From positions 1 to 64,000 of the forward strand of contig JAAILG010000112.1 of the NCBI GenBank assembly GCA_012026655.1: a DNA stretch of 64,000 bases, written 5' to 3'. The notes under the pieces are model-generated. The model had not been told where the DNA came from. It ran no database searches and saw nothing but the letters and a program-made list of their open reading frames with translations. Numbering within the stretch: the first letter of the stretch is position 1; each line of letters begins with the position of its first letter. Origin of the DNA: Hydrolagus affinis (taxonomy: Eukaryota). Position numbers and translations under genes: made by a program. Below, in pieces: positions 49,756-63,219 of the stretch.

Positions 49756-50527
49756 TATAATAATAATCATTGCACTTTGATATAGTGCTTTTCACATCTT
49801 ATCAATTACTCAAAGCGCTTCACAGAATATACTGTAAAGTGAATTGACTGTATATTTGTACAACAACAACAACTTTGATTTATATAGTGCCCTCCACGCT
49901 GGACGACATCTCAGAGCACTTTACAACAGCGGATCCCAGGACCGAGCAATTGGCAGGGGCAGAAAGGCGACCAAAAGCGCGGTCAAAAAGAAAGGTCTTC
50001 AGCTGTGACCTGAAACTGGGAAGAGAGGGGGCGAGGCGAAGGGAGTGAGGAAGAGAATTCCAGAGCCTTGGGGCGTAGTGGCTAAAGGCACGGCCGCCGA
50101 GGGTGGAGCGGAGGACTCGGGGGACATGGAGAAGGCCAGACCCAGAGGAACGAAGGCAGCGGGTGCTGGATTGGGGGGAGAGGAGATCAGAGAGATAGGG
50201 GGGTGCAGAGGAGTGGAGGGATTTGAAAACAAGGGTGAGGATCTTGAAGTCGATCCTCTCTGGAATAGGGAGCCAGTGAAGTCTGGTGGGGACTGGGGTA
50301 ATGGGGGAGGGTAATTGTAGGCGAAATGTGGCAGCCAATTGTGCACAGCAGTGTCCCATAAACAATTGTGGATTGAAAATGACCAATTTTTATTATTGTG
50401 GTTTTTTTGGACGGATTATTATTAGGCTTGTGGAGTAAGGAAAATTGCCCAAGGTTTTGCCCCGATCTTCCTGGATTCGAACACAGGTCTCATGTTTGTA
50501 AAGCGAGTGCTCTAACCACTGAGCTAC
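49756..50527 (-). mobile_element. tRNA-derived SINE, short variant, split by an L2 insertion
   Basis: The tail (49756-49860) and the head/body (50315-50527) rejoin into the family consensus. Confidence 0.9.
49861..50314 (-). mobile_element. Young L2 3' end nested in the SINE, TTGTA duplication
   Basis: Peptide PITPVPTRLHWLPIPERIDFKILTLVFKSLH..GGRAFSHYAPRLWNSLP..LKTFLFDRAF; TTGTA at 49856-49860 and 50315-50319. Confidence 0.95.
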
Positions 50528-51744
50528 TTATAACAATAATAATGATCCTTGCATTGAATATAATGCCTTTCTCATCAAGAGGATGTTTCAAATGCTTCAC
50601 AAGATAAGCTGTAAAGTGTGGTGACTGCTTAATTTGCAGGAAACGAGGCAGCCAATCATATATGCACAGAGTGTTTTCTTAAATACATTGATATTCTGTG
50701 CTTTTAACTATGACTTCTGGCAGCAAGTTTCATATTCTCACCATCCTCTGTGGTTTCAACATTTTGCTGAGTGACAATAAATCTTTGTGTCGTGTCTTGT
50801 TATTTTGTGCCTTTTTACCTAGATACTAGGTAAAAAGTACCTAGTACTGCTTCTGCTGTGTTGCCATTGTTATTCAAATGTGCACCAAATCATTCATATC
50901 TATGCACATGAGCCTGCATTGCGTTTTATTAATAAAGTTATTAATAGATATTTTACGATTAATCTTGTGAATCTTAATTAACTCGCATTTTAATGCATTC
51001 ACGGCTGTGTGATATCACAAATTCATTTCAATTACAAATTGTATTTTGGCCTGCACTTAATGTGGCAGCTTCGACGTGTGCAATGAAGCAACAGATTTTG
51101 CTCAGTCTGGGCACCACACAGAACCTGGAACTTAGTGGTGTCCTTTGAGTCTAGCGTAATAGGTTCTGCTTGGTGCTTGCTGAAAATGTAAGGGAAGATA
51201 AGAAAGGAGAATGTTGGAAGGATAAAAGACCACTACAAAGGCAAGCAAAGAGATGAAACAAGAACAAAAAATAACCCTGAAAATAATAATAATCAAAGAA
51301 CAGTTAGAATGATGCTGTTTGTCTGGACTTTGTGATCAGTAAGATAACTGTATCCCGCACAGAGTGGAACCATGCAGTGCTTTTGTAAAGCTTTTGTGAT
51401 TTATGTAATTTGTTTCATATACCGATCCAAAAATGGGAACCAAGTTCATGGGACTATACATGATAGAGGGAAGAGCGCACTGCAAGAAACCAAAAATGTT
51501 CCAGAGGGAAACAGAAGAATGAAAGTAAAGAACGGAGAAAGGGCTAAAAAAGGACATTAAAAATAAAACAAAGAAACTGTGTAACGAAAGAAAAAGAATA
51601 ACATAACAAATGGTGAACAGATGAATAGCTTGTGTTAGACAGGAGAAGAAAGTGATGAGAGATAAGAAAATTTGATAGATGCCCCCCAAATCCTAAATCT
51701 TGAGTCTTCTTTCTGTGTGCATTTTGTCACATACGTTTATTAAA

Positions 51745-52110
51745 AATAATACTAATCCTTGTATTTGATGTAGCACCTTATCGGGTTTTCGAGATGTCTC
51801 AAAGCATTTCACAGAATATACTGTCAGTGAATTTACTGTTTATTTTGAGGGCAATACATGGCAGCCAGTTGTGCATAGCGGTGTCCCACAAATATCCATG
51901 GATTTCAAGTGATCAATTTATTATTATTATTTTTAAAGAAATTATTACCCCCGTAAAAGCAATCCGCCCACTGACTAACAACCAGGTTCCTATTTACTGC
52001 AAGGTAAACAGAGGCTGGTGAATCTCAAAAGGAAACGCCCAACATTTTGCCCTACCAGGAATTGATCCCAGGTCTCGCGTTTGCGAGACGAGTACTACTG
52101 AGCTGCAGGA
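51745..52110 (-). mobile_element. tRNA-derived SINE, long variant
   Basis: Revcomp consensus ending ACTGAGCTGCAGGA. Confidence 0.88.
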
Positions 52111-52250
52111 GTCCTGTAGCATACTGTACAGTGCACTCGCCTGGCATGCGGGTTTGATTCCCGGGCAGGTTTCCTTACTCCAAATGCCTCTGTTTACTTA
52201 GCAGTGAATAGGACCTGGTTGTCAGTCGATCGTCACATCGCTTTATGGGG
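52108..52250 (+). mobile_element. 5' part of a second long-variant SINE, head-to-head with the previous copy
   Basis: GGAGTCCTGTAGC..GGTTTGATTCCC..TTTCCTTACTCCAAATGCCTCTGTTTAC. Confidence 0.75.
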
Positions 52251-52264
52251 TTAGCAGTTTTTTT

Positions 52265-52705
52265 GATAGCCTGGTGCACTGGTAGCACTCTTGGCTCTGA
52301 GTAAGAACATTGTGGGTTCAAGCTTCTTGTCTTGGAATTATGTAGTCTAACCTGACATGCCAATGCAGTGCTGAGAGGAGTGGGGTGTTATTGTATTGTC
52401 ATAGGTGATATCGTTCAGATGAGATATTAAACCAAGGTCTCGTCTGCCTATTTGAGTGGATGTTAAAGGTCCCATGGCACTATTCTAAAAAAAAATTTGG
52501 TTTCTCCCAGTGTCCTGGCTAACAGTTCCTCCAAATAAAATTAGTCTTTTACTCCATGCCTGTTTTTGTGGGACATTGCTGTGTGCAACTAGCTGCCGCA
52601 TTTTCACAGAAAATGCACAATCAATTAAAGTATATCCTGTGAAGCTCTTTGAGATGTCTCAATGATGTGATAAAGCACTATAACAATTGCAAGGATTATT
52701 ATCAT
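52265..52705 (+). mobile_element. Near full-length old Deu-domain SINE (SacSINE/AmnSINE-like)
   Basis: GGTAGCACTCTTG..GTGGGTTCAAGC head; CAGATGAGATATTAAACCAAGG..GTGGATGTTAAAGGTCCCATGGCACTATT..GTGTCCTGGC Deu core; L2-like tail. Confidence 0.85.
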
Positions 52706-54259
52706 TAGATCAGTTTTTGTACAACTAATGACTGGGCTTCTTGGTGATGGGGGTACTCGGGCATAAGATAAACAGTCTGGAACTTGGTTAATGTTGGATA
52801 TCTGTCAGCACTTTCCATCTTGATGAGTGTAACAGATTTACATGCTTGTCAACCACTAATAAAAAATACTTTCAGTGCCTTCCTCGCAGTGTAAGTTTGA
52901 AACCAACAGAATAAATTTTTCAGTGATGTGTAATTAGTTATTTAAGGTCTTCATCTCATAACACTTACAGTGTTTGCAGGCTGCCATGTAGCTGTGAGGA
53001 GACATAACAAAAAGACCTTGACTGCACACAGCACACTTGCTAGAGAAGGGCACTCATTGCAAGAAATTTTCTAAAGAACGTAAAACATGTGTTTACATTA
53101 CAAAACGTTAACAAGTAAATACATTGACACCAATACAGAATAAATAATGTTAGACATTTTTAGAAAGACAAAGTAAAATTCTGATTCTGAATTTCTACAA
53201 ATGCCGCAATACCTGGGGCTTTTTGTCATTATAGGCATTATAGGCACTTAAAAGTTCTTGAATTTGGGGAATTAAATACACTAAAATTGGGATTGCACAT
53301 TCAGGATGGTTGAGAATGACACAAATTAGGTGATAATTTGCAGCAATGAATTTGCATCAATTTGCATGTGCCTGATTCAAATACTAAAGGGATGTTTTAG
53401 TCTTGTATTTGTACTAGCCATTGCAATAATGTAGGTGTTGGTATGCTTGCAAAGGCCATATATAGTTTAAGAGTAATACACATTAGTCAGTGGCCTAACT
53501 CCCACAATATGGATTTCCTTGAGGCAAATTATTCTTCTTGCATTTGATATATGAAAGACATGATGATGTTTGATCATCTTTACACACACATTCAGCGATA
53601 AACTGTGAAATTTGTGGATCTGTAATCAGAAAATAAATAATACAGAGAAAATTCAGTATGTAGTGTGTTCCCCATAGTTCTAAAATAAATTGCAGATGTC
53701 TCTGAATTGGTCCTCAATTCATCACTTATAAACACCCAGAATATAAAGACTTGTTGGGGACTTCTAATTGACAATTAGATGTTTGTTTTGAAAAATGATT
53801 TAGTCTTCCTACATGCCAAACTTGGAGGCATCAAGTTGCCATTCAAATGGTGAGTGATGGCATGCATATCTTAATGTCATGGAAAAGCACTTTCCTGGAT
53901 TGATAACCCTGTCATTATGTGATGTGACACTGATACCATGCAGTGGCTGACATTCTGCAGACCTAGAAATGGAGAGGGAGGTGATATCAATCCTTTGATG
54001 GCACAGAAGTGGAAGTAACTTGACAAGTTTGAAGCAGTGGTATCAATGTGTGTTTCCCATTGCAAGCTGACATCATACTCAGAGTTTAAGATGAGGTTAA
54101 TTTAGTACATATAAAACATTTTCCCTAGCGCTCATTTTTGTACATTTCCTTTCACCTCCATTACCAGAAGAGGCTGTGAGATGAATGATCTCCACAGATA
54201 TTGTTAGGTCTGAAATTCCACTTTGGTTTAGCGATGCTATTTAGCCTTGAATGTTAAGA

Positions 54260-54510
54260 AACAATAACAACAAAATTATATTTGTACAATTCCTTTCATA
54301 TTGGGAGGATGTCAAAGGCGCTGAACAGCCAGGGGTCAGGACCCGAGCATGTTGGGGCAGGATTGGGGTGAGGGTGGGTAGAGAGAAAGTAGGGCGGCTG
54401 AAGGCATGTCGAAAAGGAGCGGTCTTGAGACCAGCCTTGAAGGAGGCAAGGGAGGGAGAGAGGTGGAGGGACCATGGGATGGAGTTCCAGGGAGTGGGAT
54501 GAGGCAGCGG
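54260..54510 (-). mobile_element. L2 3' fragment
   Basis: ACAATAACAACAAA tail revcomp; GGTCTTGAGACCAGCCTTGAAGGAGG..GGAGTTCCAG. Confidence 0.85.
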
Positions 54511-54594
54511 ACAAAAATGACTTTAATAGTTTTAAAGGTAAAGACTAATGGAAATTTCAGCCCTCTGATATTTAAACCATCCAGATACATTTGT

Positions 54595-54925
54595 GGAGTC
54601 CTGTAACTTAGTGGTTAGAGCATTTGCCTCACAAGCTAGAGGACCTGGGTTTGATTCTTGGGGATTGGGCAAGTTTTCTTACTCCACATACCTCTTTTTA
54701 CCTCATGGTCAATAGGAACTTGGTTTTTAGCCATTTGGAAGATCATTGTTTTGGGGATAATAATCCCTTCCAAGAAAAAATAATAAAATAATTTGGTTAC
54801 TCAACCCATAACTATTTGTGGGACACTGCTATGTGCAACTGGCTGCACCCACAAAATATACAGCCAATTCACTTCAAGTATATTCTGTGAAGTGCTTTTG
54901 GACGTCTTCAAGATGTGATAATATG
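54595..54925 (+). mobile_element. tRNA-derived SINE, long variant
   Basis: Runs from the GGAGTCCTGTAACTTAGTGGTTAGAGC head through the tail. Confidence 0.88.
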
Positions 54926-57499
54926 AAGATCACATTCTCTAGACATCTCAAAGCTGCAATTGTGAATAATATCAATGATAAGCTTTATAGCTGCAATGGA
55001 CAATATTTCTTTTTTACATTATTATTACAACAGACACACACTGGCGCTCTATTTTATAATGCAGGCACCATCCTGTGCTACCCTTCTCTGTTCTGTGGAC
55101 AGAATACATATGACTGTAGTGTACATCAACTCTTCTTAATCAATAGAAAACTAACTGGTAGTACAGCAAGCTGGCAAACAGCAGTACTTACAAGAATTTG
55201 AGTGTGAATGCTTTTCCTCTCCTCCCCCACCCCCCACTTCCCCAATGAATATCAATATGAACAGGCAAACAATATTCACCCTCTTCACTGACACTGCTTT
55301 GAGTGTGCATGTCTCCCCTAACTTCTAGTCAATAGTGACAAAAGCAGGCAGTAAAGAACATGCTCCTGATTGGCACCACTACACACGCCCTGGTGATTCA
55401 GGCACCGGAAAGTAACAACAGTCCTGGATGTAAATGGACTTCCAAAGGAGGATAATAAAACAGGTAAACAGATAATAAAACAGGTTCAGCTGAGCCCACG
55501 TGTGTGCATTTGCTGTGGAATATATATTAAAAATGGACGTGGTGATGCAAATAGTACTGTTAATTACTTCTTGTGTGGAATGCATCGCTTGACCATGGAT
55601 ACCCCATGTTCTGTTAATTCTGCCCCATTGTTAAGTGTCTCTACAGATTTCTCTTTCTCACAGGAGAAAGAGAACAGCAAAGACACTTAACAATGACAGC
55701 ACACTGTAGAAAAATATGAAGGTCATTGGTTCTGAGGGTGTTTCTTAAAGTCAGACATGCAAATCATAAGAATGGGATGAAAAATGTCAGACTAGGCAGT
55801 TAGCACGCAGACGGCAGTGAATAAGCACATTTTATGAAATGACAAAAGTAACACTTTTACATGTAGCGTTCACCTTTTTTGTGTAGTCATCTGGGATTAA
55901 ATTGGTAAATTTGTCAATTGTGTTGAAATTACAGGGTAAAAATGTCAATAAAATACAAGAATCAGTGTTAAAATGTCAGCCATCTCTAGTTCCACAGCAC
56001 AATACCTTAATTAGTCACATTAATTGTGGAATAAGCTTCAGGATGTAAATGAAGATTAAAGGCTTCACAAAGCACTGTCTTCCTGGTTCGTCTCTTCAGT
56101 AATTTATATTATTCCATCCAGACATGTAAAGACGTAATTGGAAGTGGCTGATGAAAACGTTAAGTTACAGAATGATATTAGTATAAACTATGCAGCCCCA
56201 GCCAAGTTATTTACCCAAAGTGTTTTCAATATAAATAACTGCTGGTGTGAACTGTTGAGGTGATACTAGAAATCGCAATTCTGTTAACAAAGAACCTAGC
56301 ATTATCTAGAATGGATTAGGAAAGGTTAAGGAAGCATGGATGCCAGTAAATGACATAAACACTGCATTTTCCTTTATTAGCCACCCGCTGGTTTGAATTT
56401 TGCCTCACAGATGACAGACCTGCAGTGTTTAGAGAAATCAGCCTATTTATCATCCAACTCTGACTACAGCACCCTCCCTTTCTATAATAAACTGTGATAG
56501 GGGGAGGTGTGGGGGAGAGACTGTGTTCCATCATGGATTGAATTTATGAAACTAACTCAAACGTCACCCAAAGAATTTATGAATCTTGGTTAATAATCAG
56601 CTTTAGGCACTTCTTAGGGAAAAGAATCATATTTTGAAGTTTCAAAGGTCTCTATAATAGCCCTGGGGAACTGACCCAGCATCCCATTAGAGATGAAACC
56701 TCACTGCTCTAAGGACTCTGTGTCAGAGGTAAAACACTTCAGTCAGTACTTCCTTCAAATGTCTGCAACTCCCCTAGTCAAACTCTTACACAAGCGAGCA
56801 TCAAGAGAAATTTCAATATGTTTCTGGAAAACTGGTTTACGTTATAATATTATTTGAAAATTACGGAGTCAGTTTTATTATACTGTATACACACCACACA
56901 TGCACACTGACTCACTTAGCGTATGAAGGAGTCAGAAAGTTATAAATGTTAACAATGGCTGATATTCAAAGGTTAAGAAGAAGAAAACAGACATTGTATT
57001 TATACAGCTTGAAAATTCCCCTTATGACAGTTTAAATCAAAGTAGTTACACCAAAATTCCTTTCGCGGCATACAGCAGAGTGCAAACATTCATCTTAAAA
57101 TGACATCTGTTGAAAAATTTCAATAACTTAATGGTTATAAGGCTTGTGGGGGATAATTGAGAGATTATGACATTAAAAAAATGCTGAACCCTCGTGGGGG
57201 AAAGGCTCACATAAACTTTTGATTTTTGTAATTCAAAGTAATGCAGTTTCTGATGCTCCAGAGACAGAACAGGTCTTGTTTGCAATAAGCATTTAAACAC
57301 TGATGTATAACAGATTTCAGTGGTGCCAAAGGCAGGTGCTGCACATTATCATTCAAAAACATTGTGTTGCCTCAATTTAATACAGGTTATGCTGCAAACA
57401 TTAGGAGTGGCGGTTATCAGTTACAAGAGATTTGATACATGGCAAGCTTAACACTAAGGGAAAAGCTTTGTTGCTTTCCTTGATCTTAAACATCACTTA

Positions 57500-57820
57500 A
57501 ATATAATAATATTAAAATAATCTTTGCATTTGATATAATGCATTATCACATTGTTGTAAAGTGAATTGGCTTTGTATTTTGTGGGGTAAAATAGACAGAA
57601 ATATGGTAGCCAATTCACACACCTGTATCCCACAACAGTTGTGGATTGAGTGGCAAACATTTTTTGAGGGATTATAACTCCCAGGAAGCAATCCTCCAAT
57701 CAATTAACATCAGGGTTCTTACTTACTGCTCAGTAAACAGAGACCCGTGGAGTAAGGAAACTTACCTAGCTCGCCCTACCCGGGTTCTCTCGATTGTGAT
57801 GCAAGTTAGCTATGGGACTC
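57500..57820 (-). mobile_element. tRNA-derived SINE, long variant, diverged
   Basis: Revcomp segments GGAGTAAGGAAACTT, CTTACTGCTCAGTAAACAGAG and the tail. Confidence 0.8.
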
Positions 57821-59978
57821 TACAATATAATGTGGATTTAATGAAGATGTATACCTGAACTCTTGTTTCACTTTATTTTATTCTCCCATCCTGCTAAGCC
57901 CTCAAATGTAGTTATTCAATCATGTAAATATTACCAATGTAGTCACTGAAGCTTGTGAGATTGTTTAAAGTGCTCTTGATTGCAGGGCTGGTAAAACTCT
58001 CAGTTTTACCCAAATATTAAACTATAAAAATAACAACATTCTGCTTCAGCATAACATGAAGCCTTGGCAGAAATCTCTATGGTCTGTATCTAAGCAGCAG
58101 GTTGAAATCTATGGTCTGCGCTACCTGTTTCCAATATTCTTCACAGTTTATTTTCTGACATGATATGTTAGTTCTTCAACTGGAACATGAGGGGGAAAAA
58201 AATGGGGCGAAAGGAACACATTTGGCACCCTGATAATTCCAAAAGAAGAAAATTAATCTCTAAAATAAAATCTGAATTGCTCTTTTATTGAGGATATCTC
58301 TTTATCTAGGTTACCTTATATACTACGTAAATACTAATTTGAACATACTTTTGGTTTTGTCTGTGCTCTGCTATTAACGTTTTTCTTTTTTTTGTCTCAA
58401 TTCAAGAGTTCTGTTTCCATCTCTATCGATTCGGCAAAGATGAATTAGTGAGACCACCAGAGCAAGGCAGAGTAATCTGCATTGGGAGACAGAATCATTA
58501 TTAGCCCAGGAAGCTTGTGTAATCTTGCCATTTTAACTCTGCGACAGGTTCACTCCCTCATTCTGTCTGTCACAATATTTTCTCTTCAAGCTTGTTCCTC
58601 AGATGATAGCCTCACATGGAAAATGAAACTATTCAGCACCTGACATAAATGGAATTCATCAAAGTACATTAGTCTTCCAGATTAATTGATCATTCATCTC
58701 ATGGCTGTTTGTAGGGCCTTGTTAGTGCAAATTGCTGGCGGGTTTACCTACAATAATAGTCACTACACGTGTGAAGCACTTTGAGACATTTCAACATGAA
58801 AAAATCAATTCAAATGCAGGTTCCTTCTTTGATGCTTTTTCCAATCGAGTTTCAATTGTGATTTTTAAATGAAACACTGTGGGAGAATCTCTCTTTGATG
58901 ATTAGAAAATGTTGTGACATTATATATTTATATATATTTGAGAAGAAGTTTGATATTCTTATCATCAACAACAACAATAAAATGACATCACGTAAGGAGA
59001 ATGTCCCAAGGTGCTGCACTGAGGTATCAGAAATGATGACAAAAATATAAAGAGAGGAAAAATATAAGAGACAACATGTTTGGTCCTCAATACCGTGAAT
59101 GGAACCCTGATACTGGCTGGTTGGAGGGGGCAACAAGAGAATATGATTAACAATAATCTAATGTAAAGATGTGTAAGATTTATGAATATATGACTGAAGA
59201 GAAATCAATCAATCCAGAAGTTGTTTTCTCCCTAGACAGAACATCTGCCCTTATCATGTTTGGCTTCTCTTTAATGATGGAGCTAGCTGGCGTATGCTTG
59301 ACCACTCTGCAATCTGTCCCTGGCTGGCCATTTTAAATTATCTATCATCTTTCCAGTCAAAGGAAGCTACAAGTACAATGACTGTCTGTCAGAACCCGAA
59401 TACGAGACCTGCAAATGGGAAGTTTAAAGATACAGTACGAGCTTTGAAGTATGTCAGCAACCGTGAGTCATTGATTTGATGTCTCCTCTCTCCAAAGGGG
59501 ACAAACTCCAAAGATGAAGTTCTCAGACAAGCTTTTGCAAGCCTCCTTTAAGGGAGCAGCAGAGAAAATAGATGAATGCACTGTTAAACTTCATAGGATA
59601 GAATTCCACCGTGAAATATTCTGTCTTCCACTCTAACAAAAGAACTACAGAGAAGCACCTGTGTTTGCTCCAGCATCACAGAGAATATGGTGCTGTAGGT
59701 TACTGCAGCGAAAGAGACTCAGCAATAAAGCAACAAACAGTTCTATAATTTAAACAAAGTTGTGCGCACTGTCTAATTGAAAGTAACATGTTTGCTGAAG
59801 GAGGGTGAAACTTTCCTGAACAATGACTTGCTTCTTTAGGAGATGGATCTCCAGAAAGACACAAATTTCCATTGGAACATAAACAGGTACCAAGCTCAGG
59901 AGTGACAAGTTCTGATCTTAATTCTCTGGACACACTGAATATGCTCATCCAAATACTGTACAACATACACATACACAT

Positions 59979-60282
59979 GGAGTCCTGTAGCTTAGTGGTT
60001 AGAACACTTGTCTTACTTGGGTTTAATTTCAGGCAGGTCAGTGTGAAACCTTGAGCAAGTTTCCTTACTCCACATGCCTAATAATAATCCCTCAAAAAAA
60101 TCCAATAATAAATTGGTCATTTCTAGCTATGACTGTTTGTGGGAGACAATTGGCTGCCATGTTTCGTCCACAAATATACAATCAATTCACTTTCCAAGAC
60201 AGTCTGTAAAGTGCTTTGCGATGTCTAGAAGACATGAAAAGCTCTATATCCAATGCAAGGATTGTTCGTATTGTTGTTATAA
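59979..60282 (+). mobile_element. tRNA-derived SINE, short variant
   Basis: GGAGTCCTGTAGCTTAGTGG..TACTCCACATGCCTAATAATAATCC..tail. Confidence 0.88.
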
Positions 60283-60783
60283 CAAACAAATAGAGAATGC
60301 TGTAGTGATGGCGATGCTTTAAAGAGAATTGGATTAATGGATAAAGAAACAAATATTAAAGGATACAGAGAAAGAGGAAGAGAAAGATCACAAGAGATAG
60401 CTTCCAATCGAATGGATTGAGCAGAATGATTGAGGTGTTTGGTCTAATGGCAGCTTTTTGCAACATTAAACATTCTATAAGACCTACTGTAGCTATTTAA
60501 GGCAGATAGTTGCAACTAAAGTTGAAATGAGAAGGTAATTTCTCCTCTTGTCCTGGCCAACAATCCCACAAATAAAATCGATCATTCTCTTCATGGCTGT
60601 TTGTGCAACAATCGCTGAGCACAAATTGGCTGCTATATTCACCCAAAAATCACATGGTCACTGCACTTTACAATACATCCTTGAAGCATTTTGGGACGTC
60701 CTCTCGACATGAAAGATGATATGTAGATGTAAGAATTATTATTCGTAGAGTTATGAAAAAAAGTGAACCTTTTCTGGAACTGT

Positions 60784-61105
60784 GGAGTCCTGTAGCATAG
60801 TGGTTAGAGCACATGCCATGCAAGCAAGAAAATCTTGGTTCGATTCCCTAGCAGGTGAAATGTTGGGCAAATCGTTAATCAATTGACGGATTGCTTTCTG
60901 GGGGTAATAATCTCTCCAAAAAAAGTTTCACTCAATTCACAAATCTTTGTGGGATACTGCTGTGCTCAATTAACTGCGCTCACCAGTGTCCCAGATTTTG
61001 CACACAAAATAAAATATAATGCACTTTACAATATATTCTGTAAAGCGCTTTGAGATGTCTCAATGACAAGGCACTATATCAAATGAAAGGATAATAATTA
61101 TTTTT
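60784..61105 (+). mobile_element. tRNA-derived SINE, long variant with a partial internal deletion
   Basis: GGAGTCCTGTAGCATAGTGG..GGTTCGATTCC head; TCAATTGACGGATTGC segment; tail. Confidence 0.85.
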
Positions 61106-61944
61106 ATAACTGTTTTCAGGATGGTAAGGTAAATAGATTCAGGAAATACTATATTTTGGAACCAGTTGGCAATAATAATCATAATCTTGGATTATAGCAT
61201 TTGATAAAGTGCTTTATCAGGTCTTCGAGATGTCTCAAAGCACTTCAGAGAAAATACTGTAAAGTGAGTTGACTGTGCATTTTGTGGGGATAATGAAATA
61301 ACAAGACTGTGAGTATTAAACATCCAAAATGATATGAGAGCAAATATACTAAAGAACTTGCCTTTCTGACAAGATTTGTGTTTTATGTCTTTCTTGCTGA
61401 AAAAAAAGCTTTCTTATTTAAAGCTGTGTGCTTTCAGTGGTTTAGAGAACTTCTCAGCGTTTCTGTGATAATCAAAGAGATGCAGACGTGACAGTTTTGG
61501 TTCTCTTCTGAAGAACTTCTTTGGCTCTAGATGGGAATGGTGACTGGTTGAGAGCAACAAAAACACACACTTCAAATGAGGCTTGAATATACTTATAAGA
61601 TGGGAGAAGAATTGAATCAACTGTATTTTTGGTGTTCCATTAAACTGTACATAAATACTGAGCACCCAGTTCAGAATTAATCTTTCTGCAGGATGACAAC
61701 ATAAACAGGAGTATGGATGCATTAAAAGATCAAAGCTGGATATAATATGTTACCAAAGAAGCAGTTTATTTACATTGCCTGACAAACATGGATCAGCAGA
61801 ATGAGAGAAACCTATTTTGCTCCATAAAGACCCTGCTTACCACCACCACGCTACCCTCTTTAAGAAGGTTAGAGTTGGATTAGAATTAGATTTTCAGATT
61901 TAATTAGATTGGAATCAAATAAAAAAATCACAGGAGAAGTTTGG

Positions 61945-62390
61945 GTGAGATAGACCATTTGGTCTCTCTGATCTCATTCTCCTATAACAACTTCCAATCA
62001 AGTTTCTTGGCTAGAATCACTCTTCTATCTTGGAATCAATGACTGGAACAAGTAATCCCTTCCAATTGTGTTTTGTTCCAATCATTATTTAAAGTCTGAG
62101 TAAATATATACTTTTTGGTGTCTGTCCTGAAATTGCTATTTTCAACCCAATCCCTCTGACCCCTTGTTCTGTTATCTCAGTCAATTGGAAAGTATTGTCT
62201 GAGTTTACTTTCTCAATTGCATTTAACATCCTATATGCCTCAACACGATCTCCTCTGAGACATTCCTTTTCAAAAATGAAGAGCCATTAGCTTGTCTAAT
62301 CATTGCTCATTGTGCATTCGCTACTTTCCTCTGAATTACCTCTAGGGCCTGGACAACCTCCTTATGCCTCAGTGATTGAAACTGCGATAT
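61945..62390 (-). mobile_element. Old CR1 3' portion; an oppositely oriented CR1 3' end follows at ~62420-62578
   Basis: AGACCATTTGG tail region, CTCTGACCCCTTGTTCT (TRG motif revcomp) and ATCTCCTCTGAG (LRGD motif revcomp). Confidence 0.65.
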
Positions 62391-63219
62391 AAACCAGAAA
62401 CTCTGCAAACATCTTAACTCTCCTTGAAAAGAGAATTAGATAAATGCTTCAAAAAAGGTATAACGAAGGCTTTTGGCAATTGATGTGCAGGAAGGCAGGA
62501 TTAGATTGGTTCAAGTGAAGAAAAACAGCAGCACAGTCGATTGGTTGAGTAGCCTGTCCTTCATCAGTAACTTTCTACCCCTCTCCATTTCCATTGCCTT
62601 TTTAAATTCTGATGTTTGAATTTAGATGCTTTATTAGAATCATTCTCACCCATGATTGTCATTTTTATTTTTCCATAAGCATCATTAAATTTACCTCAAA
62701 TTTGAGGCATATAATACCTTTGAACATAATTTTATCTTTTTACCTAAGTGAGTCCCATCTAAGTCACCCTTAAGTCCCTTTTAATTTGCTTCTGCTGCAG
62801 GATAAAGGTTATCAAGCAAACAATCTTTTCTTTGAATTATTGAATATTGTTTTGGAAGAATTATATTATTATATTAATCTATTTTATGCTTTTCTTTGTT
62901 CATCAAATTGAAATATGTTAACAATATAGAATGGAGCATTGTATTTCTTTCACTGATCAAGCTAATAATAATAATAATAATCCTTGCATTTGATATAGCG
63001 CTTTTCACGTCTTCTCGACATCTCAAAGAACTTCACAGAATCACAGAAGCCAATTGTGCACAGCCGTATAGCAGTAGCTAACACTAACAGTGAGGATTTG
63101 CTTCCATGCAAAGTCAACCACAAACAGCTGCCCAGTTTACCATACTGATTTCTCCTGTCCAGCCACCTATGTGACCTATGTGTGTATGCAACACCCTACT
63201 TACATTGGGATTCTGAACT

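Noticed and set aside
50930-51010. hAT-type subterminal (CGATTAATC) MITE remnant
   Set aside because: Too short and decayed; no partner terminus or 8-bp TSD found.
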